64,000 nt of DNA from a virus (Duplodnaviria > Caudoviricetes): positions 1-64,000 of IMG/VR virus record IMGVR_UViG_3300033076_001485. The stretch is one strand, 5' to 3'. The position numbers and the translations under genes were made by a program. The notes under the pieces were generated by a model. The model saw only the letters and a list, made by a program, of their open reading frames with translations, had not been told where the DNA came from and searched no databases. Below, in pieces: positions 1 to 9,134 of this stretch (position 1 is the first letter of the stretch; the number at the start of each line of letters is the position of its first letter).

Positions 1-990
1 CACTCAGACTTCTTTAAGAACAACAGGACATTTAGAGACACAGATGCGATAAATGTATCACGTCGCTTTAGAAGCGCAAGACAGCGGATTCAGAGCTACA
101 TTGAAGATCCTACTATTGGAATTGATAAAGTTGAAGATTTAATTGATTCATGTCATGCAATCCAGTATCAAATTGATCGTCGTGGCAGAATGAGAAAGTC
201 TGAAAAAGATTTAAGACTTGACTATATCAATCGCATTAAGAATGATAAAGACGGAAAGTATAAGAATTTTAATATTGATAAACTGCCTCTTGAGCCAGAA
301 TTTGATGTCATGCTTTTTATTGCTGAAAATTGCAAAAATCTTGAAAATTGGGAAAGAGATATTATCAATATTGTGCATGAAGAATCTCTTTATTTCATGC
401 CTCAAATTCGTACAAAGATCATGAACGAGGGATGGGCAAGTTTCTGGCATTATAGAATCTGTCATGAACTAGAATTACCTGATAGTCTTCATATTCCTTT
501 TATGAAATCACATAATCAAGTTCTTCGTCCATGGGGTGGAAGAATTAATCCTTATCACCTAGGTTTTGAGATCTTTAAGAGAATTGAAGAAACAAAAGGT
601 ATTGAGGAATGCTTCTTTGCAAGAGAAATTCATAATGATGAATCATTTATCATGGAACATCTGAAAGAAGATCAAGCAAGAGAGCTTAATATGTTCACTT
701 ACAGTCCAAAGGGTAGAAAAAATCCTGATTGGTCTGTTGATGACGTAGTTGATGAAGAGGGATGGCCAGAAATTAGATCTGCACTCTTGAAATCAATTGG
801 TGGTAATGGAATACCCATTATTTATGTTGAAGAAGTTATCAAAGATACATTGATTTTGAGACACGAACATGATGGACGTGATCTTGAATTAAGTTATGCA
901 GAAAATTGTGTCAAACACATTGCCAAGATGTGGAAAGGCCCAGTAAAATTATTTACGCTACTCGAAGGCGATCATTTCGAAATTTCTTGA
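1..990 (+). CDS. spoVR: SpoVR/YcgB family protein (5'-truncated by window edge)
   Basis: Frame is open from base 1 (HSDFFKNNRTF...), not just from the ATG at 190. Contains SpoVR motifs HxDFFKNN, YFMPQIRTKIMNEGWASFWH, NPYHLGF and LRHEHDGRDL. Confidence 0.92.
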   Translation, partial: HSDFFKNNRTFRDTDAINVSRRFRSARQRIQSYIEDPTIGIDKVEDLIDSCHAIQYQIDRRGRMRKSEKDLRLDYINRIKNDKDGKYKNFNIDKLPLEPEFDVMLFIAENCKNLENWERDIINIVHEESLYFMPQIRTKIMNEGWASFWHYRICHELELPDSLHIPFMKSHNQVLRPWGGRINPYHLGFEIFKRIEETKGIEECFFAREIHNDESFIMEHLKEDQARELNMFTYSPKGRKNPDWSVDDVVDEEGWPEIRSALLKSIGGNGIPIIYVEEVIKDTLILRHEHDGRDLELSYAENCVKHIAKMWKGPVKLFTLLEGDHFEIS

Positions 991-1001
991 TAGGAGAGAA
1001 A

Positions 1002-2927
1002 ATGGACTTTCTAAAAATCATTCAAAAGCAGAGAGCAGGCGGTCAGAAAGAGTCATGGAATGGAACATTTCTCGACTATTTGGCTGTCATTAAAAAGAAT
1101 CCAGAGCATGTGAAGCTTGCTCACAAGCGCATCACAGATGCGATTGAGTCACATGGCGTTGCACCAATGGAGGATTCTGATCCTCGTTGCCGTAAACTCT
1201 TTGACGGTGACAAGCTAAAGACATACAATTATTTCAAAGATGAGTTCTATGGTCATGAGCGTGTCATTGCTAAGATTATGAGATTCTTAAAGTCAGCATC
1301 TTTGAAGGGCGAGGAGAGTCGCCAGGTTCTCCTACTTATGGGTCCTGTAGGATCGGGCAAGTCAGCACTTGCAGATGCAGTTAAGAAGTCACTTGAGAAA
1401 TCTGCAGAGGCAATTTATCATCTTGAAGGCTGCCCTGTTCGTGAAGAACCACTTCACCTTCTTCCACGCTCTCTTCGTGACCAATTTGAGAATCTTCTTG
1501 GCGTTCATATCGAAGGTGACCTCTGTCCAGTATGTCGTCACAGACTTCTCAATGAGTTCGGTGGTGAGTATGAGAAGTTCCCTGTAGTTCGAAGTGGATT
1601 CTCTCAGCGTGGTCGTCGCGGTATTGCTGTTGTCCCACCGATGGATGCAAACTCCCAGGACGTTTCAGCACTTATCGGCTCTGAGGACATCTCAAAGCTT
1701 GATAAGTACAGTGAGTCTGATCCTCGCGTTCTTAACCTAGATGGCGCATTCAATGTGGGTAACCGCGGCGTTGTAGAGTTTGTTGAGATCTTTAAGAACG
1801 AGATCGAGTTCCTTCACACAATTCTCACTGCAACACAGGAGAAGAACGTTCCTTCACCTGGTAAGAACGGAATGCTCTACTTCGATGGTGTCATTCTCTC
1901 TCACTGTAATGAGGCTGAGTGGAATCGCTTCAAGTCTGAGCACACCAACGAGGCAGTTCTTGACCGTATCGTAAAGATCGAGGTTCCATACGTTCTCGAG
2001 CTTAACCAGGAGATCAAGATCTACGAGAAGATGCTTCGTCGTTCTGATTTCAAGGCACATCTTGCACCTCACACCATCAAAGTTGCAGCAATGTTCTCAG
2101 TCATGAGCCGACTCAAGCCTTCACAGAAGGTCGATCTCATGACCAAGATGAAGATCTACAATGGTGAGGAAGTCATTGAGAAGGGTAAAGTTCGCAAGGT
2201 TGATATCAAGGACCTCCGTGAAGAAGTTCGTCACGAGGGCATGGACGGAATCTCAACCCGCTTTATTACAAAGGCTATTGACTCTGCATTGACTGACTCT
2301 GATAAGAGCTTTATCACACCCATGCGCGTGATTGATGCCCTTGTTAAGCAGGTCAAGGAGCAGGTTGTTGATGAAGAGAAGCGTAAGGCATATCTTGAGC
2401 TTCTCCAGAAGGTTATTCGCGAGGAGTACCTGAAGATGCTTGAGAGCGAGATTGCCAAGGCCTTCGTCACCGCATACGAGGAGCAGGCACAATCACTCTT
2501 TGATAACTACATGGACAATGCAGAAGCCTTCACAACCAAGCAGAAGATGAAGGATCGTGTTACTTCTGAGGAGCGTGAGCCCGATGAGAAGTTCATGAAG
2601 GCAATCGAGGAACAGATCGGCATTGTCGGCTCAGCTCGCGATGGATTCCGTTCAGACGTAACAGCATACATGTTTACCAAGATGCGCCGTGGCCAGAAGG
2701 TTGATTACAAGTCTTACGAGCCACTCAAGGAAGCAATCGAGAGCTACCTCATCGCTTCAGTGAAGGACATGGCACGCATCGTTACCAAGTCTAAGAGCCG
2801 TGATGGTGAGCAACAGAAGAAGTACTCTGACATGGTCGAGACAATGGTTCGTGATTACGGTTACACACCTGAGTCCGCTGAAGAGACAATTATGTTTGCT
2901 GCTAATAACTTGTGGCGTGACAGCTGA
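1002..2927 (+). CDS. prkA: PrkA/YeaG family AAA+ serine protein kinase
   Basis: Walker A GPVGSGKS, plus CPVREEPLHL, EGDLCPVC, NRGVVEFVEIFK, NEAVLDRI and EGMDGISTRF. Start moved from 906 to the ATG at 1002, which follows AGGAGAG. Confidence 0.93.
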   Translation: MDFLKIIQKQRAGGQKESWNGTFLDYLAVIKKNPEHVKLAHKRITDAIESHGVAPMEDSDPRCRKLFDGDKLKTYNYFKDEFYGHERVIAKIMRFLKSASLKGEESRQVLLLMGPVGSGKSALADAVKKSLEKSAEAIYHLEGCPVREEPLHLLPRSLRDQFENLLGVHIEGDLCPVCRHRLLNEFGGEYEKFPVVRSGFSQRGRRGIAVVPPMDANSQDVSALIGSEDISKLDKYSESDPRVLNLDGAFNVGNRGVVEFVEIFKNEIEFLHTILTATQEKNVPSPGKNGMLYFDGVILSHCNEAEWNRFKSEHTNEAVLDRIVKIEVPYVLELNQEIKIYEKMLRRSDFKAHLAPHTIKVAAMFSVMSRLKPSQKVDLMTKMKIYNGEEVIEKGKVRKVDIKDLREEVRHEGMDGISTRFITKAIDSALTDSDKSFITPMRVIDALVKQVKEQVVDEEKRKAYLELLQKVIREEYLKMLESEIAKAFVTAYEEQAQSLFDNYMDNAEAFTTKQKMKDRVTSEEREPDEKFMKAIEEQIGIVGSARDGFRSDVTAYMFTKMRRGQKVDYKSYEPLKEAIESYLIASVKDMARIVTKSKSRDGEQQKKYSDMVETMVRDYGYTPESAEETIMFAANNLWRDS

Positions 2928-2966
2928 TAGATAAACATTTGCATCTCTGTGTATAATCGCTAAGAG

Positions 2967-4250
2967 ATGCAAATTAGTCAACCAAGCATAATGCTTCGAG
3001 AAACAAGAAACTCGCTCGTGGAAGTATTTAACACCCACGACGCGGGTTCTCTTGTTATTGGAGATCAACAATTTGATGATCTTGTACAGAAATATTTCTT
3101 ATCTAAAACAGATAATGAGATCTATGAGCGCGTCATCAAGCCCATGATTTCAAGAAATATATACGAATCTGAGGCTAAAGCAGCCGGATCAGCTGAAATA
3201 TACCTGCGACTTTTGTTCGAATATTTTCAATTTAAAAATAATAAATTTACCAATATTGATTGGGATAAAACTAACTCTATTTTAAATTATCATGCAAAAA
3301 TAAAGCCATTAAGGACAGAAATAATGCGCTTTATTGATCAAAAATGTACAAGTGATATTTCAAGTATTGTTAAAGAAGCAATTGTTAAGTCACAAAGAGA
3401 CGATCAAATTGAAGTTATTAGAGGAAATGATCTTAAAACTTCTTTAAGATTGATACCAGGATGTAATTTTGATACTATTAAAGTAGATCCTGCTTACTAT
3501 CATTCTAAAAATTGGAAGAAATCTGAAGTAAATATTATTCTAATTGATGGAATTATTGAAAAGTCGGTTCATGTTGAGCATGTTTTAATGCTTTCTAATA
3601 AAGATAACGTACCATACGTTATTATTTGTAGAGAAGCAACGGATGAAGTTAAGAATGCATGCTTAACTAACTTTCTAAGGCAGACAACAGACGTTGTGCT
3701 TTGCACAGCACCTTATAGTGAAAAAACGGCTCATCTTTTTGAAGATCTTAAGCTTATCACAAGCGCAGATGTTATAACCCCAGAAATGGGAGACATTATA
3801 TCTGTTGCAATGTATAAAAAATCAAAATCCATTAAAAAGATAGAAATTGGCCCTAAGGGCATCTCTATTGAAAATGGTAAGGATGATGAGCTTAAAGAAG
3901 AAAGATTGAGATTGCTTAAAAGCATGCATGAGATAAATGATGAAAATGTTAGTGATCTAATTAGAAAAAGAATTAAAACACTATCAAGCAATAGATTGGT
4001 AATAAACATTGGTAGTGATGTACTGATGAAACAGAGAAATGCAATTGAACAAATTGACAAAGTTCTCAGAGAGACTAAAGATGTTATTTCAACAGGAATG
4101 ATAAATGTTCAAGAAGAAATACCTTACATCAAACACAGTAAAGCATACTGTTCAGTTAATAGTGTAAGAACGGGAATAAGCACGTTTCTGTCTTTTGTTA
4201 AAATATTAGATGACAATGGTTTAATTTTAATGAGACCATTTACTTTTTAA
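2967..4250 (+). CDS. Divergent GroEL/chaperonin-like protein lacking the canonical GDGTTT motif
   Basis: Apical-domain-like stretch IILIDGII...PYVIICREATDEV...NFLRQTTDVVLCTAP...FEDLKLITSADVITPEMG and LIRKRIKTLS...INIG parallel GroEL. At 427 aa it is short, and the ATP loop reads AAGSAE. Confidence 0.7.
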   Translation: MQISQPSIMLRETRNSLVEVFNTHDAGSLVIGDQQFDDLVQKYFLSKTDNEIYERVIKPMISRNIYESEAKAAGSAEIYLRLLFEYFQFKNNKFTNIDWDKTNSILNYHAKIKPLRTEIMRFIDQKCTSDISSIVKEAIVKSQRDDQIEVIRGNDLKTSLRLIPGCNFDTIKVDPAYYHSKNWKKSEVNIILIDGIIEKSVHVEHVLMLSNKDNVPYVIICREATDEVKNACLTNFLRQTTDVVLCTAPYSEKTAHLFEDLKLITSADVITPEMGDIISVAMYKKSKSIKKIEIGPKGISIENGKDDELKEERLRLLKSMHEINDENVSDLIRKRIKTLSSNRLVINIGSDVLMKQRNAIEQIDKVLRETKDVISTGMINVQEEIPYIKHSKAYCSVNSVRTGISTFLSFVKILDDNGLILMRPFTF

Positions 4251-4282
4251 TCGCAGAGTCAATGTTTACTAAAGGAGCACAA

Positions 4283-4507
4283 ATGGCCGATTCAGATAAG
4301 GAAGTTAATAACCTTGTAGTTACACTCTCATCTTTCATTAGAGACGTTGTAACAAACAATATTGCAGAAGCAAAACAGCGCGGTCTTGTCAAAATTGATG
4401 ATGCTGAGGCACGAAAGCTTATTAGCATTACTGCTTCTTCAATTGAGCAAGCTGTGTCTAAGGCACATTCACAAATTGAGAGAACAAAGAAGTCACTGAA
4501 GAACTGA
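4283..4507 (+). CDS. Hypothetical small helical protein
   Basis: ORF with AAGGAG RBS before the ATG at 4283. Confidence 0.6.
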   Translation: MADSDKEVNNLVVTLSSFIRDVVTNNIAEAKQRGLVKIDDAEARKLISITASSIEQAVSKAHSQIERTKKSLKN

Positions 4508-4509
4508 TT

Positions 4510-4986
4510 ATGGCTATCGAAGGCGTAAAGCACCTAATTGAATGTCATTGCGTACTACCACAGTATCGCAAGATGGAAAATCCTATTTTTCATAAATTTG
4601 TTGTTTTTTCTATAGTTGATGACGATGCTGTTGAACCTAAATTTGTTCAATGCAACAATTGTTCAATTGTTCATAAAATAACGGACATCTGCAAATCAGA
4701 AATTGTTGCAGGTTTAGAATTCTCAAATGCAGTTACACGCATAGATGAGGTCAAAGAGTCAATTCCCGATCAAATCGCTTCCTTTCTTGAGAAAGCAAAT
4801 GCAGATATGGCAACATGGGAAAATGTTGCATTTCTTCTAGAAAGTTCATTAGGCGGTTTTGAGGTTCCAATTGCAAAAGAAATCGTTGGTGGCATGACAC
4901 AAGTGAAAATGCTGTCTGTAGATGAAAAAGGCAAAGTAAAAATCAAAACAGTTACTAGGAACGATGATTTAGAGATTAAAAAATGA
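4510..4986 (+). CDS. Hypothetical protein with putative Zn ribbon
   Basis: ECHC...CNNC...H motifs; tightly packed in the operon. Confidence 0.6.
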   Translation: MAIEGVKHLIECHCVLPQYRKMENPIFHKFVVFSIVDDDAVEPKFVQCNNCSIVHKITDICKSEIVAGLEFSNAVTRIDEVKESIPDQIASFLEKANADMATWENVAFLLESSLGGFEVPIAKEIVGGMTQVKMLSVDEKGKVKIKTVTRNDDLEIKK

Positions 4987-5219
4987 AAATAGGTCAAACT
5001 AATTCTGAAAAACAGGCAAAATCATTGCAAAAATGTCGAGAGATCGTTGCAGAGATTAATAATTTTGGTGTTAACGACTTTGAAAGAATTCAAATAATTC
5101 ATTTAATATCTCTTGAACTTGAAGATAGAGATCTAATCACAGATTTTGCCGAAGTAATCAAAGGTTATAGAGGCGATCTCTTTGAAGTTAAACAAGAAAA
5201 TAACACACTACTACAGTAA
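4983..5219 (+). CDS. Hypothetical protein
   Basis: ATGA overlap with the upstream gene. Confidence 0.55.
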   Translation: MKIGQTNSEKQAKSLQKCREIVAEINNFGVNDFERIQIIHLISLELEDRDLITDFAEVIKGYRGDLFEVKQENNTLLQ

Positions 5220-5228
5220 GAGGATAAA

Positions 5229-5429
5229 ATGGCAAATTTTAGCGAGCAGTGGGATCAACTTAAGGTCCTAGTAGAGAGTCTTGAGGTTGATGTTAAGAAG
5301 AGTCTTCGTGGTAACAAATCAGCAGGTGTAAGAGCACGAAAGGGTCTTCGCCTTGTCAAGAATAGCGCAGCAGATCTAATTCGTGCTTCTCTTGAGCAGA
5401 CTTCTACTGATGATACTGCTACAGAGTAA
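5229..5429 (+). CDS. Histone H1-like (Hc1-type) nucleoid protein
   Basis: Signature GNKSAGVRARKGL matches the Hc1-family GNKAAGxRARK motif; GAGGA RBS. Confidence 0.75.
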   Translation: MANFSEQWDQLKVLVESLEVDVKKSLRGNKSAGVRARKGLRLVKNSAADLIRASLEQTSTDDTATE

Positions 5430-5449
5430 TAACATTCTCTTGATAGATT

Positions 5450-5473
5450 TCAACCCGCCTTTCGGCGGGTTGA
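5450..5473. terminator. Probable bidirectional intrinsic terminator
   Basis: Perfect 10-bp GC-rich stem TCAACCCGCC-TTTC-GGCGGGTTGA between convergent genes. Confidence 0.8.
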
Positions 5474-5476
5474 TTT

Positions 5477-5698
5477 CTAATAAATGTAACTAGATAGTTT
5501 TTCGATAACCTTTTTTTCTATTTGGCAAATTCTCATTCTAGTTACACCTAAAATATCGCCAATTTGCTGTAAAGACATTGGACCTTTCTTGGAAGCTATT
5601 AGAGTACAATTCTGATTTTCATTTGAGTCAATCCAGAGTTTACAGGACTTATTGTTGCATTCTTTTTTGCATGATTCGTGCAGATCAAAACATTTCAT
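5477..5698 (-). CDS. Small sigma-70 region-4-like HTH protein with Cys-rich N-terminus
   Basis: MSLQQIGDILGVTRMRICQIEKK matches the sigma-4 pattern TLEEIGxxxGVTRERIRQIE; five Cys precede the HTH; GAGG upstream on the minus strand. Confidence 0.75.
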   Translation of the reverse strand: MKCFDLHESCKKECNNKSCKLWIDSNENQNCTLIASKKGPMSLQQIGDILGVTRMRICQIEKKVIEKLSSYIY

Positions 5699-5763
5699 TG
5701 TTTTTTGATACCTCGTGGTATAATAGTATCAAAAACGCTGTTCTTTTACTATAGAGAGGAATA

Positions 5764-7065
5764 ATGACAAAATCAAATACGGGTAGAAAGACTTTTATCG
5801 TCGACACTTCAGTTCTTTTGTATGATAAGTGCTCTATTCATTCATTTCCCGGTAATGACGTTGTTATTCCATTGACAGTTCTGGATGAGCTTGATCGTTT
5901 TAAAGATAAACCTGGTCTGCTTGGTGAGTATGCTCGTTATGTTAATCGTTATCTAGACGATCTTAGAGCTGTTGGATCACTTCATGACGGCGTAGGCATC
6001 CAGCATGATCAAACCATTCGTGTTGATATTGATATTCACCCTATTCCTGATAGCTTGGATGGTAACACGGGTGATAACAGGATTATTGCAACTGCTCTTG
6101 CACTCAAAGGAACAACACCAAATCCTGTTGTAATGGTCACAAAGGACATTAACTTTAGAGTTAAATGTGATTCACTTGGAATTTATTCTGAAGATTATTA
6201 CAAAGATAGAATCGTTCATGATAAAAGTGAGATCTATACTGGTCAAGTAGAAGTTGAAGCAATATCTCCTGCTGTTATTAATCAATTCTATGATGATTCG
6301 TCTATCTCAGCAGAGCACTTTGAGGAGTATGAGCTGCATAGCAATCAGTATGTAACTGTTAAGTACGGAAATCAATCATTAATTGGTGTTCATAGAAAAG
6401 GCAACATTCAACCCCTCATTAATAATCTCAGTAAGACAATAGGCATTAATCCTCGAAACAAAGAGCAAAAATTTGCAATTGATGCTCTAACTAGAGAAGA
6501 TATTAAGCTTGTCTCCATGACAGGTCTTGCAGGATCTGGTAAAACTTTCCTTACGCTGATGGCGGGAATGTCTGGTCTTCAAGAAAAGAAATATGATAGA
6601 ATTGTTATTACAAGATCACTGCAGACTGTAGGTAAAGAGATCGGCTTTTTGCCCGGTGATATTGATGACAAGATGAGCCCGTGGTTGTCACCAATTCTCG
6701 ATAACTTCAGAGTTGCATTTAAGGATTCAACTTATTTCGAGATGATGCGTCAAAAAGGTCAAATCGAAGTTTCACCTCTTGCATTCATTCGTGGCAGAAC
6801 ATTTAATAACACTTACCTAATCGTTGACGAAGCACAAAATTCAACTATTCATGAACTAAAGACTATTATCACGAGAATTGGTGAAGGTTCTAAGATTGTT
6901 CTTCTTGGTGATACAGATCAAATTGACACTCCTTATCTTGACAGCCTCTCAAATGGTTTGACTGTAATTGTTGAGAAATTTAAACAACATGATATTGCTG
7001 CCCATATCACGCTTATGAAGGGTGAAAGATCTGAGCTTGCTACATTAGCATCGCAAGTATTGTAA
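5764..7065 (+). CDS. phoH: PIN domain-PhoH family ATPase (PhoH2/YlaK type)
   Basis: PIN motifs VDTSVLL, ELDRFK, DNRII, TKDINFR. PhoH motifs GLAGSGKT, GFLPGD, RGRTF, DEAQN and GDTDQID. Confidence 0.92.
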   Translation: MTKSNTGRKTFIVDTSVLLYDKCSIHSFPGNDVVIPLTVLDELDRFKDKPGLLGEYARYVNRYLDDLRAVGSLHDGVGIQHDQTIRVDIDIHPIPDSLDGNTGDNRIIATALALKGTTPNPVVMVTKDINFRVKCDSLGIYSEDYYKDRIVHDKSEIYTGQVEVEAISPAVINQFYDDSSISAEHFEEYELHSNQYVTVKYGNQSLIGVHRKGNIQPLINNLSKTIGINPRNKEQKFAIDALTREDIKLVSMTGLAGSGKTFLTLMAGMSGLQEKKYDRIVITRSLQTVGKEIGFLPGDIDDKMSPWLSPILDNFRVAFKDSTYFEMMRQKGQIEVSPLAFIRGRTFNNTYLIVDEAQNSTIHELKTIITRIGEGSKIVLLGDTDQIDTPYLDSLSNGLTVIVEKFKQHDIAAHITLMKGERSELATLASQVL

Positions 7066-7068
7066 GAG

Positions 7069-7075
7069 ATAGTTA
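7069..7075 (+). promoter_or_regulatory. Candidate late promoter ATANTTA (ATAGTTA)
   Basis: Intergenic, 19 nt before the first gene of the fibre block; one of seven intergenic copies. Confidence 0.5.
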
Positions 7076-7094
7076 TTCTTGCAGGATTTTTAAT

Positions 7095-7409
7095 ATGGGA
7101 AGAGTTAAACTAACAGCAAGAAATCTCAATAGATATAAAAAAGTGTATCCTTATGTTAGAGCTCAACCACGGTATGTGTATTTTACTAATGAAGAGTTTG
7201 ATCTAGAAAGTGCCGTTGTTAATTTTGATGGTAGTAATACAGTTACTTACACATTTAAAAATACCTACACAACGATACCCACAGTTATTGCCACAGCTTT
7301 AAACGACTCATTTAATGTATTCGTTAATTCTGTTTCAACTACGCAAGTTGTAATTGGCGCAAGCATACCAAATAACGAATCTGCATCAATTGTAGTGGTG
7401 ACAACATAA
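7095..7409 (+). CDS. Small beta-rich putative virion/fibre accessory protein
   Basis: YTFKNTYTTIPTVIATA resembles F..F...P.V strands of small lectin-like fibre domains; first gene of the fibre block. Confidence 0.5.
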   Translation: MGRVKLTARNLNRYKKVYPYVRAQPRYVYFTNEEFDLESAVVNFDGSNTVTYTFKNTYTTIPTVIATALNDSFNVFVNSVSTTQVVIGASIPNNESASIVVVTT

Positions 7410-7642
7410 TGTCTAGAGTAACAACAGTAGAAATGCAGTTTGGGACTGCTATACTTGATTCATCAGGAACTGGACCTATTCTGGTTACTGTTACAGGTTC
7501 TGATGAAAATATAGCAGTTATGCTTACACCAGATGAAAACGTGAATTTATCTTCCTATGTATTAGGGAATCCACTCTACGCTATTGCTTCAACAGAGCAA
7601 AAAGCAGTAGACTATAACTACCTCATAGTGAGCTCAACTTAA
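7409..7642 (+). CDS. Small putative virion accessory protein
   Basis: TAATG overlaps at both ends; beta-rich composition. Confidence 0.5.
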   Translation: MSRVTTVEMQFGTAILDSSGTGPILVTVTGSDENIAVMLTPDENVNLSSYVLGNPLYAIASTEQKAVDYNYLIVSST

Positions 7643-9081
7643 TGGCAACAAAACCTCCAGATTTTAAAGCCTCTGGCATTAGAGCTGAGCGTCTAATCTC
7701 GTCAGGCAGTGCAAAGAAACCACAGCTTCTTATGTATAATGAGACAGCTGCTGGGAACAATGGCGTAAATGTTGATACTGATAATATCAAATTAACAGGC
7801 ACAGGCTCCGACACCTGGTTATTCATATCGGGTGCATTAGGAGGAAATGATAGAGTCACATTTGGTGGTGACGTATATATTTCAGGATCTTTGTATGGTG
7901 TAACAGTATCAGCAACACCTGCATCTCCTGTAAATTCAATACAATTTAATAATGCAGGAATATTTGGTGGTTCTTCAAATTTAACTTTTGTAGGATCAAA
8001 TTCACTAGTAATTACTGGTTCTAGCATTGTTAAAGGCGCGCTAAACGTATCCGGTTCGGCAGGAATAACAGGATCACTTGTTATCAAAGATGATATAGCA
8101 GACACTTCACAGCTTACTTTGAGCTCAAGTGCAGGCAATACCATTTTCAACATGTACAGTGATGGTGTATTTTATTTAACAAATAATGCAGCAAGCGGCA
8201 AGATAGTAATTGGTGCTACTCAACCTGACTTAACACAAAGTCAAGTAATTAAAATATACCCACAAAATAATCAAAGAAGTCTTACAGTTTTTAATGAGAC
8301 ACTTGCGGGATCCACAGCAGCAAGTCCTATTACAGCAACAGATACGAATTTCTTTGTTAATGGTATTCCTTCATCAAAAGGTAGCTCACAAAGAGGAACA
8401 GCAGTTTTTGGTGGTGACTTACTCACTTCAGGCTCAATTTATTCGCTCAATGGAAATGCAACAGTTACATCTACAGCAGGTTCTTCAACAGTTACACTTA
8501 CATCACCAGGCGGAACAACAACTCTAACAGAAACCAATGCAGGTAACCTAGAAATTAGAAATACTGCCCTTGCAGGACAATTTTTAGCATCAGTTAAGAC
8601 TTCTAATGGCGTAACTTGTAACTTTCTTGACGTAAGACCCAATGGATCTCTAACAGGTTCTGTTGTTTCTATTTTCCCATCATCTATCTACGCTGGTGCA
8701 TCAAATCCATTTAATTCATCAGATACAACATTCTTTGTTGCAGGCAAGAGTGGCGCCAAAGATGGAAACACAAGAGGAACTGCCGTCTTTGGTGGAGATA
8801 CTGTCATCTCAGGATCATCTTACCTTGGCACATCAAATACAGATAAGCTTGTTGTGAATAGCTTGTTATCTTCTAATATCATACCTGATGGTAATCGTAC
8901 AAGAAACTTAGGATCTGATACATCTCGATTTGCGAATATCTACACCGGTGACTTACATCTAAAGAACGACCGTGGAGATTATACTCTAATTGAAGAAGAA
9001 GATTGTCTTACAATACGTTTTAATAAAACAGGTAAGAGATACAAATTTGTGCTCGAAAGAGCGCCCGAATATGATGAATAA
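7642..9081 (+). CDS. Fibre-like virion protein 1
   Basis: G/S/T-rich; three FF(V/I)xG...FGGDxxxSGS repeats; SIQFNNAGIFGG module; C-terminal IYTGDLHL...GKRYKFVLE domain. Confidence 0.7.
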   Translation: MATKPPDFKASGIRAERLISSGSAKKPQLLMYNETAAGNNGVNVDTDNIKLTGTGSDTWLFISGALGGNDRVTFGGDVYISGSLYGVTVSATPASPVNSIQFNNAGIFGGSSNLTFVGSNSLVITGSSIVKGALNVSGSAGITGSLVIKDDIADTSQLTLSSSAGNTIFNMYSDGVFYLTNNAASGKIVIGATQPDLTQSQVIKIYPQNNQRSLTVFNETLAGSTAASPITATDTNFFVNGIPSSKGSSQRGTAVFGGDLLTSGSIYSLNGNATVTSTAGSSTVTLTSPGGTTTLTETNAGNLEIRNTALAGQFLASVKTSNGVTCNFLDVRPNGSLTGSVVSIFPSSIYAGASNPFNSSDTTFFVAGKSGAKDGNTRGTAVFGGDTVISGSSYLGTSNTDKLVVNSLLSSNIIPDGNRTRNLGSDTSRFANIYTGDLHLKNDRGDYTLIEEEDCLTIRFNKTGKRYKFVLERAPEYDE

Positions 9082-9103
9082 AAAATAAATTAGTCATCTC
9101 AAG

Positions 9104-9110
9104 ATATTTA
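9104..9110 (+). promoter_or_regulatory. Candidate late promoter ATATTTA
   Basis: Intergenic, upstream of the AAGGAG RBS and ATG 9135. Confidence 0.55.
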
Positions 9111-9134
9111 CATATTGGGTTAAGGAGTTTCTAA

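Noticed and set aside
906-1001. ORF-track N-terminal extension of PrkA
   Set aside because: Overlaps the spoVR 3' end; the RBS supports ATG 1002.
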